DNA from: Camelus ferus
Taxonomy: Eukaryota
Assembly (NCBI RefSeq): GCF_009834535.1
Contig: NC_045697.1
Location: 75,890,001 to 75,954,000, forward strand
DNA: 64,000 nucleotides
Direction of reading: 5' to 3'
Below, one piece after another: positions 1-13,030 of the stretch (position 1 is its first letter; every line of letters begins with the position of its first letter). Made by a program: the position numbers and the translations under genes. The notes beneath the pieces are model-generated. The model saw nothing but the letters and a program-made list of their open reading frames with translations, was not told the DNA's origin and did no database searches.

Positions 1-344
1 CTCACACTGTGATTTGGAGACAGCTTGTATCATTTAAGGGTCTCCCTTTGTGTAATGTAGAAATAGCACCAATGTACTAAGTAAAATCTTGGGAATTTTC
101 CTGTTTCAAGAAGTGAAATAGGGGATAATAGAGGATTTCTGGTAATTTGAAATAAATATGGGTGGACCATTAGCTGGATAGTGTAAATATATATGTTTCT
201 AAGGGGAAGAGGCTGTCTTGTGTAGAAGTATAAAAAAATTGAAAACTCTTAAAACTATGAGGACAGGATATTTTCATATTTGCAGCTCTTTAAAATATAC
301 CTTTTTAGATTTAGAGTCACTTTATTAAGAACTTATTTTGAGAG

Positions 345-900
345 CGTATTTAATCCAACATATTAAAATGTTATGTTTAATATTGTCAATTATAATTAAT
401 ATGCAACATAGATGGACCTAGAGATCATCATTGTAAGTGAAGTAAGCCAGAAGGAGAAAGAAAAATAACATATATCACTCCTGTGTGGAATCTAAAAAAA
501 AGAGAAAAAGAGGACACTGATGACATCTACAAAACAAACAGACTTGCAGACATAGTCAACAATCTTATGGCTACTTGGGGAAAGAGAGTGGAAAGAGATA
601 AATTTGGGAGTTTGGGATTTGCATATGTTAGCCACTATATATAAAAATAGATTTAAAAAACCCCCACAAATTTCTTCAGTGTAACACAGGGAACTATATT
701 CAATATCTTGTAATAACCTTTAATGAAAAATAATATGAAAACAAATATACATATGTATATGCATGACTGGGAAGAAAATTCATAACATTTTAGCTTTTTC
801 CTAAATCTTCGAAATCTGGTGTGTATTCTGCACTTACAGCACATCTCAGCTTGGACTAGCCACACTTCAAGTGTTCAGTAGCCATGTGTGGCTGGTGGTT
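345..900. mobile_element. MER33/MER3-like hAT-Charlie DNA transposon, split by an L1 fragment
   Basis: 'aaatcttcgaaatctggtgtgtattctgcacttacagcacatctcagcttggactagccacacttcaagtgttcagtagccatgtgtggctggtgg' (~803-898) matches the recalled MER33 end; AT-rich 345-400 resembles the preceding part. Confidence 0.65.
401..772 (+). mobile_element. L1 ORF2-end/3'UTR fragment with no poly(A) tail
   Basis: Typical L1 motifs 'gcaacatagatggacctagagatcatc..gtaagtgaagtaagccagaaggagaaag' and 'cacagggaactatattcaatatcttgtaataacc'; homologous to copies at 31224 and 51600. Confidence 0.85.
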
Positions 901-1550
901 GGTTGCCTTACCAGGCATTCAGCTCTGACCAGCCTTATCCTTAAGGAACAACACCCTGCACGAATCTGAGGTCATCCTCAGAACTATCCCTTAGCAATTA
1001 CCATCAGTGACTTTGGTGTATTGTGTTTTAAAAACTGAATTATATCATGGAGTCAGAGAAAACTGGTTCTGGTGCCTTTAGCTAGAACTAGCGGACAGGC
1101 TGAAGGGTACAGTGAAACATCTCTCTAAGGTTATCTGTCGAGTATGCTTGTGAATTTTGATGGCAGGAGGTGTGCCTGTGCCTATAAATGAAATATTTAG
1201 ATTATTAGATTCATGTGTATAGGAACGATGGCTGCTCATGTGCCTTTGAGAGTTATGATACAATAGAATGCATCATCTGCCCTGGCCTCAGCCCTCGTGC
1301 CTCACCACACTTCTCTTATCTGTCACCTCACTGCTCACCTGTTTATCCACTGCTGTCTTCACCCTAGCCCTGCCCTGTTTATATGCATGATGTTGCTTAC
1401 TAATTTGTGCTCTTGTTGAGTTGCTTATTGTGACAATTTAGGAAGCCAGGCCACTGTAAAACCTAGATCAGTAATCATTACTTGATATCAAATCTCAGTC
1501 TGCCAGGAATAGATTAAGACTATAATGTAGAAAGACACAGGCACAGTATG

Positions 1551-1617
1551 AGAGGGAGAAAAGAGAGGGGGAGAGGGGAGGGAGGGAGGACGGAAGGACG
1601 GAAGGACGGAAGGAAGT
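1551..1617 (+). repeat. Purine-rich low-complexity tract (GGGA / GGAAGGAC repeats)
   Basis: Directly visible. Confidence 0.8.
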
Positions 1618-1844
1618 GCAATTCTGTGCGGGAAGATACCTAAATGCGGAGGAAGGAAATAATGGTGGAGGGTTTTGTAGCAAAAAATTCCCCCAGATAC
1701 TGGACAAGACACTGTTCTCACCAAGTTCTCAAGATAGGTTGCTTTGGATTTCATAAATGCACTGACTTTATCAGATACCTGTGCTACGCAGGTGGCTGAG
1801 ACTAGCTCCAAGCCCTCCTCAGTTCCTTCTGAAGTTGATTAGTA

Positions 1845-3130
1845 CATTCACACAATTTTTGAGCACTTGCTGTGTGCTAGACTTTGTTCTTGATTCTAGG
1901 AATTCAGTGAGCAATACTCAAGCTTTCTACCCTAATGGAGATTGTTTGAGTTGACGTGTTGAGAGAGGAAAAGGTGCTGAAAAGGGAGGTTGAGCAGATG
2001 ACAAGCAAGTAAAACTAATAAATAAATAAGATCAGTTCAGACTTGGACCAGCTCTTTAAAGGAAATGTGTTGAGAGCAAATGGGGAAGCCTCTCTAGCAC
2101 AGTCAGGAAAGATTTGTCAGAAGAGGTAAAGCTTGCATTGAGATGTGCAGGGTAAGAAGGAGCCAGTAGAGGGAACAGGGAAAGTGCTTAGTTACACAAG
2201 GGAAGGAAGGGAGGAAAGCCAGTCTGGCTGCAGTGTCTGAGCAGGAGAGAGAGGGGTGAGGGATAATGTGGTGGGGCAGGCAGAACCCAGTTGGGAGAGT
2301 CGGGGGTGCTTGCAAACTTTGTGGGGAGTATAAATCTTATTCCATATGCAATGAGAAGGCGTTGTGAAGTGATCTAAGAGGGAGCGGGACAAGATCTGAT
2401 TTACATGTGTAACAGATCTCTCTGCTGGGCAGAGTGGAGTAGAAGGGGCAAGAGCAGTTAGGAAGGGGAGAAGCAGTTAGGAAGCTCTTGGCAGCATTGT
2501 GCAGGAGGAGTGATGCTGGCTGGAGCAGGGTGGTGGTGTTGGAGATGGAGAACAGTGGATGGATTTGAGAGATTTGGAGATAGAATGGACAGGACTTAAT
2601 GGATAGGAGACATGACAGAGTAGGAGAAGTCAAGCAGGTCTCCTAGTTTTTTGATGGGTAAGGGGGTTGTAGGGAATAGAGTTCTGTTTTGGCCATTAGT
2701 TAGTCTGAGCTGCCTATTAGTCATTCTAATAAAGACAGTTGTCAAACAGGGAACAGTGATTCTGAGAACTGCACTCATAGGCAAGCTCGGAGCCAGAGGG
2801 TGTCAGCATTGAAGTGGATTATGAAGTAATGGGAAATCTAGAATTACCCAAGGAGATTTAGTAGGCAGAGAAGAAAGGCAGAGATCAGGCCATGAAGAAT
2901 AACAGAGTTAATAAATAGATCGAGTAGGAGACCAGGGCGTAGTAATGAGGTAGGGGGAGGACCCAAAGAGCAGTGCTCCAGATGCCAACAAAATCGAATG
3001 TTTAAAGCAGGATGGAGTAATCAATTCTGTTGTGAGTTCTTGAGTAAGGTGAGAGCACAGCGTTTGTTGGGTTTTACAATGCTGAAGATTCCTTTAGGTG
3101 GTGATCTTGTTGAACACTTTCAGAGGAGCG
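1845..3130 (-). mobile_element. L2 LINE remnant
   Basis: Starts with reverse complement of L2 3' end ('cattcacacaatttttgagcacttgctgtgtgctag'), followed by typical purine-rich antisense L2 body ('gagatggagaacagtggatggatttgagagatttggag'). Confidence 0.75.
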
Positions 3131-3149
3131 ATTTAAAGCACAAATGAGT

Positions 3150-3390
3150 TGACCTCCAACATCCTCTGCAGGGAGCTTTCCTGTCTCCCTTTCCCACCTC
3201 AGTCCCTTGGGCTAGGTGTCCCCTCTTTGTTCCGGAATACCTAGGCCTTTCTCTGTCACTAGACTACCATGTTGTAATATGATTTTCTGTTGAAATTACG
3301 GTTCTTCCAGACTGAGCTCCTCAGGAGCAAAATTTATACATTTTTTCCCCCTAGCATGATGTAGGCACTCAACACATGTTTTCTGAATTA
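3150..3390 (+). mobile_element. L2 3' fragment
   Basis: 'agactgagctcctcaggagc...gtaggcactcaacacatgttttctgaatt'. Confidence 0.6.
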
Positions 3391-4449
3391 AAGAGTATTC
3401 TCAAATACTGCTTTTTGGCTCTTATTGTTTACCCCTGTGTTGCGTCAGGCAGAAGCCAGTGAAGAGCCCAGGTTTCCTGATTCTCAGTCTGCTGCCCTCT
3501 GCCTTCTCTGGCCACTGTGAGGCTACCTTTTGCCCAGGATCGACCCCCCCTCCCCCTTAGCTTAGTTAACACTTGCTTAGCTCTAGGGCTCTCCTGAACG
3601 GTTCCCTTGTACCCTGCCCCTTCTTGGGAGCCACATGCGAAAACCTGCGGAAAGTCACTTCTTATCTATTTCAGAAACCTCCTCTCTTCCCCACCTCGGA
3701 GTTCTCTGGGTGAAGTCATCTGCAATTGTTCCATACACTTCATCATGTTGGAAACTTTTATTTGCCTCCTTGCATACTTAAGTATCTTAAAGGTCTAGTA
3801 GCAACTGACTAAAACGACCTCAAAATGGTTCTTTTTAGCAAGTTTTCTTTTTTTCTTCTTCGTAGTTATTTTCCCACCAAGGCTGTGTGAAAGTTTTTTT
3901 TTTTCTTCTACACTACTTCTGTCACTTTGTTTTCCACTTCATTATCCTCTGTTGCAACACCCCAATTATACTAGTTGCTGTGGAGATATTGAGTGTATTG
4001 CTAATAATGGAGGATTATTCCTTTAGGTAGAAGAACAGAAGCAAGAAAAGGATGTAAATCTTGTTTTCGTGCAAATGTCTCCTAGTAACGAAAATAACAA
4101 AGTGGTATTAGAGACTGGTGCAGAAGTGTCTGTATGGGGTTGGTTTAACTTTTTAGAAAGGATTGGCTTCCTTAATTAAAGAAAACATTAATTTAAGCCT
4201 CTGGTCCTAGAGATTAATTCCTTGTTTTAATACTGTACTATTCATTCTTTGATTTATACCCTTTGTTTAATAGGATATTTCTTCATATGGAGAAGATCTT
4301 TTGTAGACTTCAGCTTTTAAAATTCATTTCTTAAAACTTTTTTTTTGAAAAATCTTTTTTTAACTTTACTAAAGGAGACATATTTTAATATTGTCCATCC
4401 AATTTGTATTTCACAAAATCTTACAGTTCTCCATGGATTTTATTATAAT

Positions 4450-4578
4450 TAAGGTGATCATGTATCCTGATTTGTCCAGGACAGTCCCAGTATATACATA
4501 CTATCCTGGTGTAATTATTAAGTCTCTCTTTCACTCAAAACTGGCCTGGTTGGGATACTAAATTATATGGTCGTCCTA
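4450..4578. mobile_element. MER94-like hAT-Blackjack MITE
   Basis: Degenerate terminal inverted repeats (taaggtgatca / tggtcgtccta) and internal 'caggacagtccc...gtaattatta...tttcactc...aaattatatggtc'. Confidence 0.7.
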
Positions 4579-5236
4579 ATTAAAGACCATGTTTAATAAG
4601 AAACTGAGGGAATAAAGTATTTTATATATTTTTGTTTTTAATTCATATAACATATATAAAAGATATAAATAGATATGAATATATGTGGATTATATACATA
4701 CATACGTACATACATATATGCAGTCAACTGTATATATATTTTGTTTTACTTTATCCAACTAAATTTATAGTTTAGAACTTGCTAAATATTTTGATACTGT
4801 AGAAATAGATATATATATTTCTTGTCGTAAGCAAATCAGAAGAATCTCATCTTCTTGATTTCCTCATGTTCTGTTTTCACTAAGATAAATTTCACTGTAA
4901 TAACACCTGACCTGGCTCCTTCAAGGTGAGCAGGATTTATTTTCAGGGAGTGATACGGTCCCAATGTTAGCTGTTCTGATTTGAAATAACTCCCTGTAGG
5001 TCAAGTTTTACTTCCCTCTGCGCAACACACATACTCACCTCTTGTTCACATTAAAATTCCCCTTCCTGCTTGTGGAAAGGGTATTTGTCCCAGACTGTCC
5101 CATTGCCTCGTCTCTCTGTTAGTGGCTCCAGTATTGTTACACCCGAAAGTAGAACAGCCCCTAGGATAAGAAATGAAAGGTCTTTTAAAATCTTGGGCAC
5201 CTTGAAGAATAAAAAGTGCTATTTTGATATTCAGTC

Positions 5237-5357
5237 TTTTTTTTTTTTTTTTTTTTAATATAGAACACTTCACAGATTTTCATGTCATCTTTGTGCAGGG
5301 GCCATGCTAATCTCCCCATCGTTCCAGTTTTAGTCCATATGTTGCTGAAGTGGGCTC
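5237..5357 (-). pseudogene. U6 snRNA processed pseudogene with poly(A) tail and 14-bp TSD
   Basis: Reverse complement of 5257-5357 aligns over near-full-length U6 (GATTAGCATGGCCCCTGC core intact); T20 at 5237-5256; TSD tgatattca(g/a)tctt at 5225-5238 and 5358-5371. Confidence 0.95.
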
Positions 5358-6073
5358 TGATATTCAATCTTACATTTTAAAAAATGCATGTTCCTTCTCT
5401 AATCCATTCCCCTTGATGTCAAGTTCAGTATGATTTTCAGAGTTTTTGCAATAATAAAATTTTTATAATTGATCAAAGATCTTTGGGAAACTTTCTGGCA
5501 GATTTTGGTCTGAGGCCAAGGGGACCTCGAAGTGAAAAAAAGAGTGAATTATTATTAGTATTGGAGACCATATCCTGGGGTTAATCTCTGGAGAAGGGTC
5601 CTGACACACCCGTCAGTATGTTAAGATAGTAAAAGTTGGTCAAGGGGAAGGGATTGGTCAGAACCAGCCAGCAGCTTGTTTTGTGCCAGACTCAGGGTAC
5701 TACTGTAAACACAGACACAGTCCATCCCCTCATGGAAACTACCACCCAAGGTGGGAGACATCCAGTCAAAACAAGGAAACAACTGTCCAGTTACAGATTG
5801 TGAAAGTGGATCAGTAGTGCTGAGAGAGAATGAGGGGAGGCTTACTTTAAACAGTGGTTGGGAAAGGACTTTTTTGAGAAAGGAACATTCGAGTTGAGAA
5901 GTTAAGGTTGAAGAGATGCTGGCCATTTGTAGTTGTTAATCCAAGGAAGAAACCCAGGATGTTGGTGGTACATCAGGGTGCAACTCAACTCAGGTTAAGT
6001 AATTCGTTCAGGGTAATGTAGCTAATTATGAAGCATATGTAGAGCAATGCGAAGCTGTCGCGGGTTCCACTAT

Positions 6074-6230
6074 CAGTGTTTCTCAACTTTCTTATCCTCC
6101 AGTATTCATTTTTACACAGGTTTTTCCTAACCACACCCTTCTGAGGAATTTTTACACCCTTCAGAGGACCACAAAACGTTTTTCCCACACTTAGTGCACT
6201 AATTTTCCCCATTGAGAATGCACGGTCTAT
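6074..6230. mobile_element. Possible hAT-Charlie MITE remnant
   Basis: Charlie-like ends 'cagtgtttctcaa' ... 'ttgagaatgcacg'. Confidence 0.4.
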
Positions 6231-6874
6231 TGGTTACTATCTGCAGACCTCACTTTGGGGCAGACAGAAAGAAATGGGCTTTTATTGGATTTACTATCCT
6301 TGGATCTTCAACTGGATTTTAGATTCCTCGAGGCAGAGAACTATCTACAACATAATTGATGCCACTTATCGTGACTTTTTTTTTTTTTTTAAATCTTCCA
6401 AAAGTGGGGACGGGTGGAATAGAAATGTTGAAAGCAGAGCAGAGCATAAAAAAAATCCTTAATCCTTGGTCTAGTCTAATTTTTTATTTAAATGAAGAAA
6501 CTAAGATTACTAGGAAGCTATCGATCTCTCTCATCCAGTTTGGTGCCATTTCCAGGACACTCTTGGTAAGGAGCAGGTTCGGGAAGGTGCAGTGATTGTT
6601 AGGAGGAGGAGTTCAGATTTGACTGTATAGCCTGAAGATTTGGATGTGCACAAAGTTACAATCAGGAAGATTAACTTGGCAGATTCTTTAATACTTTTCT
6701 GGAACATGATGACGATTGTGACAGGTGCCCTGCTGCTAATAGGCGTAACAAGGAAAATCTGATTAATAATTGCTTCTGTATTTCTGAGGCAGGACAACAT
6801 ATGTCTACAAAGACAACTTTGTGGGAATGGAGGAAAAAAGTGAACTAAAAATAGAAAATACCAGTAACCTTTTT

Positions 6875-7039
6875 GGGGGAGGGTACAGCTGAGTGGTAGA
6901 GTGTGTGTTTAGCATGCACGAGGCCCTGGGTTCAGTCCCCGGTGCCTCCTTTAAAATTAAATAAACAAGCAAATAAATAAACCTACTTACCTCCCCTCCC
7001 AAAAATAAAATAAAAAATAAATTTAAAAATTAAAAAAAA
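6875..7039 (+). mobile_element. tRNA-Ala-derived camelid-type SINE (long form)
   Basis: A box/B box head 'gggtacagctgagtggtagag...agcatgcacgaggccctgggttcagtcccc', 'aaacctacttacctcccc' 3' domain, A-rich tail, TSD cagta(a/g)ccttttt. Confidence 0.9.
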
Positions 7040-9339
7040 TATATCAGTAGCCTTTTTCTGAGAATGAAATTGAGAGGGTGATTGTGATATAACTGTTCTT
7101 TCCCACTGAGAGTCTTTTGTCATTAAGGTTGGGATTACACATGTCTAAAGCACATGGGTTTGTTGAGGATAATTCATGTGATGTATGTTAGTTTGGAAGA
7201 AAGGCAGGGAATATATTTGAAACTAGGTCATGGAAGTTGTATTCCAGATCTTTTCCTGTGTCTGTGTGTGTGTGAGAGAGAAATTTAGCTCAGGCGAGTT
7301 CTAGTTATCAGGCAGTCACAAAAACTAGAGTAAGGTCTGCCTGTCTCAGTGAACTGTCTTGCAGTTTCCAGTTGTGCCTCAGTGAATTTTGGAGGTAGGT
7401 CAGTCTGTCAAACAGACACATTTTGAATTAATTGATTCCATTTGTTTCTTCATTGACTACTAGTCACCTGTATAGATCTTAATTTTTTTTCGTGATTCTT
7501 TATCCAGCCATTTCATCTAAGCCTACAATTCCCCCTCTTGTAGTTTTGTTGTTGTTTTGTTTTCCTTCTTGACAAGTCAGTTGCCTTTAGTAGGTGAGCA
7601 AGGAACTGGAAAATTATGAAACAACAGCCTGAAGGATGTAATTTATAAAAGTGTTTCTAAGTGGTTTAGTAGAGAAGACAGAATACTAAAGGTAAAATAC
7701 GATGTTAGACCCTACGTTTCATTTCTGTTCTTTTTGGTCCATTTGCCAAGCATTCGCCCTACTCTGCCATCATCATTAAAGAAAACAAGGCTGAATCTTT
7801 TTGTTTTAAACAGTGTACTTGAACTTTGCTTCTAAAATGCTATTTGTAAAAACAATCTTAAGGTTGGATACATATACTCATTTTTATATACAAGTAATTA
7901 ATTAACTATTTTTGAATTCTAAGAATCCTTTGATCTCTTCCAATGTGAAACTTGAAAGAAGGGAATATTGACAAAATGCTTTTTTAAATCACTTGTCCTC
8001 AGATACATTTTTTGTTCATTGAAATGAGATTTGATTATAATCTAATGAGAATTTGGATTGATTCTTTAAACACAACCAATTTAGCAAGTATAGCTGTCTG
8101 ATGAACCAGCTGACGTACTAAGTATTTGTTTATAAAGCACAAGTGTTACTACTAGCTTCTAAATACTGTGTCTAGAAGCGGAAGCAGTGGAAGTAGTGTT
8201 GTGTCAGCTGTGAATGGCCAAGGACACAGCTGTCAGTGAGAAACCGAATAAGCAGAGGGTATGACTACGGTGGAGAACTGGAGGTGGAGCTCTGAGGTCC
8301 GGAGTCCTTAGGGTCTATCTCCATCCTAAGGGTGCCTTCCCAGGAAAATGAAAAGATCCCACTCCCTTTGGGTTAGGACCAAGGAGAAAAATGATCATGC
8401 ATTGGGCTGCTGCTTTACAAAAGGTATTCAGGGTGAACAAGCAGGTCACCTGCACATGGTTGCTTGTGCAGTTCTGAACTGTAGATGTAATTCGTGGAAG
8501 CCTTAAGAAGTCTATTTGAAATTGAGACGTTTTAATTTAAAATCACAGCATAAAACTTACATGGAATTTTGCAAATTGCAGAGAAATATCTTTTGGGATC
8601 TGGCTGTTATTCCTGTAGTCAGATTTCTGTCTCGTTCCATCTTCTGCAGATTCTGTCTTCTGCAGATGTGTATTACGTTAGCTGCATTTTAGCTCGTAGC
8701 AAGGTTCTTGGTAGCAAGTTTTCTTGAGACAGGCAGCTTGGAAACTCTTGACTTAGGGAGCTCCATTAAATTGTGTCTTTAGCTATGAGACTGTTCTAAG
8801 GGATGTCCTAAAAATGTCATTTTGGAAGGAAAGCAAATCATCTCTTATGCATAGTTCATCAGGGTACACGTTTGCAAATGGCACATTACAGATTTGTGCT
8901 AAGCCCCCTCCTTATATGGGCTTATGATGCACACTGAATGAAACTTTCATTTCAGCAGGATAAAGTATGCTATAAACAGGTACATAGAGTATGAAAACCT
9001 GTGGTGGCAAAGATGGAGTTACAGATCTAAACACATCATATCACAGGATGGAGTGCTGCCCTGACGACAAATGTTTCATCAACATTAAGCAGTGTTTAGA
9101 ATGTTCTCCATATTTAAAAGGCTTAAGTGCTTTTGAATTGTAAGGCAGATTTAGATCAGTAGCTGTGTTTGAGCAAATTGTCATTGTCCTTGAAGGACAT
9201 AACTGGGGGCTGTTTTGCCATTCATTTTCTAGTGCTGCTTTACCATATTTGGAGTATTTCTTGTTTTTATTTTTGAAAAAATTATTGCTCTCTTAAAAAT
9301 ATCTTAAAAATGAGTTTATGGGCAACTCTGAGAAGTACT

Positions 9340-12300
9340 TTTTTGTAAATTAATAGGCCTTATTTCTTGGAGCAGTTTAGGTTTACAGAAAAATTGAGCA
9401 GAAAGTGCAGAGTTCTCATATGCCATGCCATCTCCTCCCCCAGTTTCCCTTATCATTGACACCTTTCATTAATGGGCACGTTTGTTACAATTAATGAGCC
9501 GATACTGATACAGTATTATTAACTGAAGTCCATAGTTTACATTAGGATTCACTTTTGTACATTCTATAGGCTTTGACAAGTGTTTGACATAGCCATCACT
9601 TACAGTATCATGTAGAATAGTTTCACCACCCTATTCATCCCTCCCTCCCTCTCCCCCAACCCCTGGCAACTGCTGATCTTTTTACTGTCTCTGTAGTTCT
9701 GCCTTTTCCAGGATGCCATAAAGTTGGAATCACACAGTATGTAGCCTTTTCAGATTGGCTCTTTTGCTTAGCAATTTGCATTTAAAGGTCTTCCATGTCT
9801 TTTTGTAGCTTGAGATAGCTCATTAGTTTTTATCATTGAATCATGGTTCGTTTATCCATTCACCCTTTGAAGGACATCTTGGTTGCTTCCAGCTTTTGGC
9901 AATTACGGGTAAACTTACTATACACATTTGTGTGCAGGTTTTTGTGTGGACATAAGTTTTTAATTCCTTTGGGTAAATATCAAGGATTGCTAGATCATAT
10001 GGTAATCTTTATTTAGTTTTGTGAGAAACCACCAGACTGTCTTCCAAAGTGGTTATACCATTTTGCATTTCCACCAGCAATGAATGAGAGTTCTTGTCGC
10101 TGTCCATACTCACCACCATTTGGTTTTGTCAGTGCTCCAGAATTTGGCCATTCTGATAGGTGTAAAGGTATCTCATTATTGTTTTAATTTGCATTTCCCT
10201 GTGACATGTATGTGAAGCATCTTTTCTTTTGCTTATTTGCCACTTCTGTGTCTTCTTTGGTGAGATCTGTTTAAGTCCTTGACCCATTTATTAATTGGGC
10301 TATTTTCCTACTGTTGAGTTTTAAGAGTTTTTGGTATATTTTGGAGAATAGTGCTTTATCAGATGTGTCTTTTGCAAATGTTTCTCCCATTCTGTTGCTT
10401 ATCTTCTCACTTGACATTGCCTTTCACAGAACACAAATTATTAATGTTAGTGAAGTCCAGCTTATCAGTTATATCTTTCATGGATCATGCTTTTGTTATC
10501 TTATCAAGGAAGTCTTCTCCATATCCAAGGTCAGTTGGTTTTCTCCTTTGTTATCTTCTAGGAGTTACATAGTTTTGTGCTTTACATTTAGGCATGTGAT
10601 ACATTTTGAGTTAATTTTTGTGAAGGGTGTAAGATCTGTGTCTGGATTCCTTTTTTGCATGTGAATGACCATTTGTTCCAGTAGCATTTATTGAAAAGAC
10701 TGTCTTTGCTCCAAGGTATTGTCTTTGTTCCTTTGTCAAAGACCAGTTGACTTTATTTATGTACGTCTGTTTCTGGGCTCTCTATTCTTTCCCATTGACT
10801 TGTTTGTCTATTCTTTCACCAATATGAGACTGTCTTGATTACTGTATCGTTATAGTAAGTTTTGAAGTCAGGTCGTGTCAGTCTTCTGACTTTGTTTTTG
10901 TCTTTCAAAATTGAGTTGGCTATTCTGGGTCTTCTGTCTCTCCGTATAAACTTTAGAATCAGTTTGTCAATATCCACAAAAATAATTTGCTGGGATTTTG
11001 ATTGGGTTCAAGTTGAGATGAACTGACATCTTAACATTTATTCTTACTATTCATGAACACGGAATATCTCTCCATTTATTTAGTTCTTTGTTATCTTTCA
11101 TCAATTTTGTAGTTTTCCTCATGTAGATCTTATACATATTTTGTTAGATTTATACCTAAGTATTTCGTTTGGGGGGAGGGTGCGAATGTACATAGTATTG
11201 TATTTTAAATTTCAAATTCCAGTTCTTCATTGTTGATAGATAGGGAAGTGATAGACTTTTGTGTATTAACCTGGTATCCTGCAACCTCACTATCATTGCT
11301 TATTAATTCCAGGAGTATCTTTGTCAATTCTTTTCGATTTTCTACATAGAAGATCATGTTGTCTGTGAAACAAAGATAGTCTTATTTCTTCTTTCCCAAT
11401 CTCTGTATTTTTAATTTCCTTTTCTTATCTAATTGCATGAGCTTGGGTTTCCAGTTTGATGTTATAAAGCAGTGGTGAGAGGGCACATCCTTACCCTGTT
11501 CCTGATCTTCATGGTAAAAGTTTGAGCTCCTCAGCATTAAGTATGATATTAGCTATAGGCTTTTTGTAGATATTCTCCACCAAGTTGAAGTTCCTCTTTT
11601 TTCCTAGTTAACTGAAAGTTTTTATCATGAATGAGTGCTGGGTTTTGTCAAATTCTTTTTCTGCATCTGTTGATACGATCATATGATTTTTCTTCTTTAG
11701 CCTGTTGATGTGATGGATTATAATAATTAATTTTTCAAAAGTTTAATCAGCCTTGCATACCTGGTATGAATCTTATTTAGTTGTGATGTATAATTATTTT
11801 TTTACATTGTTCGATTCGGTTTTTTGAATTTTGTTGAGTATTTTGCTTCTGAGTCCTTGAGAGATACTGGTCTGTAGTTTTCTAGTATTGTTTTTGTCTG
11901 GTTTTAGTATTAAGGTAACGCTGGCCTCATAGAATGATTTAGGAAGTATTCCTTCTGCTTCTATCTTTGGAAAGAGATTGTAGAGAATTAATATAATTTC
12001 TCCCTTAAATGTTTGGTAGAATTCACCAGTGAATTCATCTGGGCCTGGTGCTTTCTATTTTGTAAGGTTATTAATTATTGATTCAACTTTTTAAATACAT
12101 ATAGGCCTATGCAGATGGTTTATTTTTTGTGTGAGTTTGGGTAGATTGTGTCTTTGAAGGAATCAGTCCATTTCACCTAGGTTATTAAATTTGTGAACAT
12201 ATAGATATGTTCATAGTATTCTTTTATCAACTTTTTAATGTCTTGGGATCTGCAGTGATGTTCTGTCTTTTATTTCTGATGTTAGTAGTTTGTATTCTTT

Positions 12301-13030
12301 TTTCTTCCCTTAGCCTGCCTGGAGGCCTGTTGATTTTATTGATCTTTTCAAAGAACTAGCTTTTGTTTTCATTAACTTTCTCTTGATTTCCTGTTTTCAA
12401 TTTCATTGATTTATGCTCTAATTTTGTATTTCTTCCATTTACTTTGGGTTCAATTTACTCCTCTTTTTCTAGTTTCCTAAGGTATAAGCTTAGATTATTG
12501 ATTTTAGATCTTTTCTAAAAGTGTGCATTCATTGCTGTAAATTTCCCTCTGCTTTTGCTGTATCCACAAGTTTTGATAAGTTGTATTTTCACTTTTGTTT
12601 AGTTCAATTTCTCTTGGGATTTCTTTACTGACTCTTGTATTAATTAGAAATGTGTTACTTCAGAAAACTGCTGACAGGCAGAGCTGTACGGTCTCTTTCA
12701 TTGCTTTCAGCTGTGACTCCTACAATAAAAAAGATCACAAAAAAGAAAAGAAATGTGTTGCTTAATCTTCAAGTATTTTGGGATTTTCCACAATGGGATT
12801 TTCCATTGTAATCTAAAAGGACACACTGCATAATTCCTATTCTTTTAAATTTATTATAGTGTGTTTTATGGCCCAGAATGTGGTCTCTCTTGGTTAACGC
12901 TCATGTGAGCGTGAGAAGAATGTGTATTCTGCTGTTACTGAATGAAGTAGTCTGTAGACGTCACTTAGATCCAGTGGATTGTGTTGAGTTCCACTATGTC
13001 CTTGCTGATTTTCTGCATGCTGGATCTGTT
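9340..13030 (-). mobile_element. ~3.7-kb 5'-truncated, decayed L1 (L1MC/L1MB-like): 3'UTR plus ORF2 remnant
   Basis: Starts 'gcagtttaggtttacagaaaaattgagcagaaagt'; continuous antisense ORF2 motifs ('ttccaaagtggttataccattttgcatttccaccagcaatgaatgagagtt', 'gtttggtagaattcaccagtgaa'); no long ORF. Confidence 0.92.
12661..12748 (+). mobile_element. Short polyadenylated retrocopy of unidentified source, nested in the L1
   Basis: 15-bp TSD agaaatgtgtt(a/g)ctt at 12646-12660 and 12749-12763; AATAAA 12724-12729; A-rich tail. Confidence 0.85.

Noticed and set aside
9340..13030. Possible reverse transcriptase gene
   Set aside because: Decayed L1 ORF2 with no open frame of 60 aa or more on the coding strand in the ORF track
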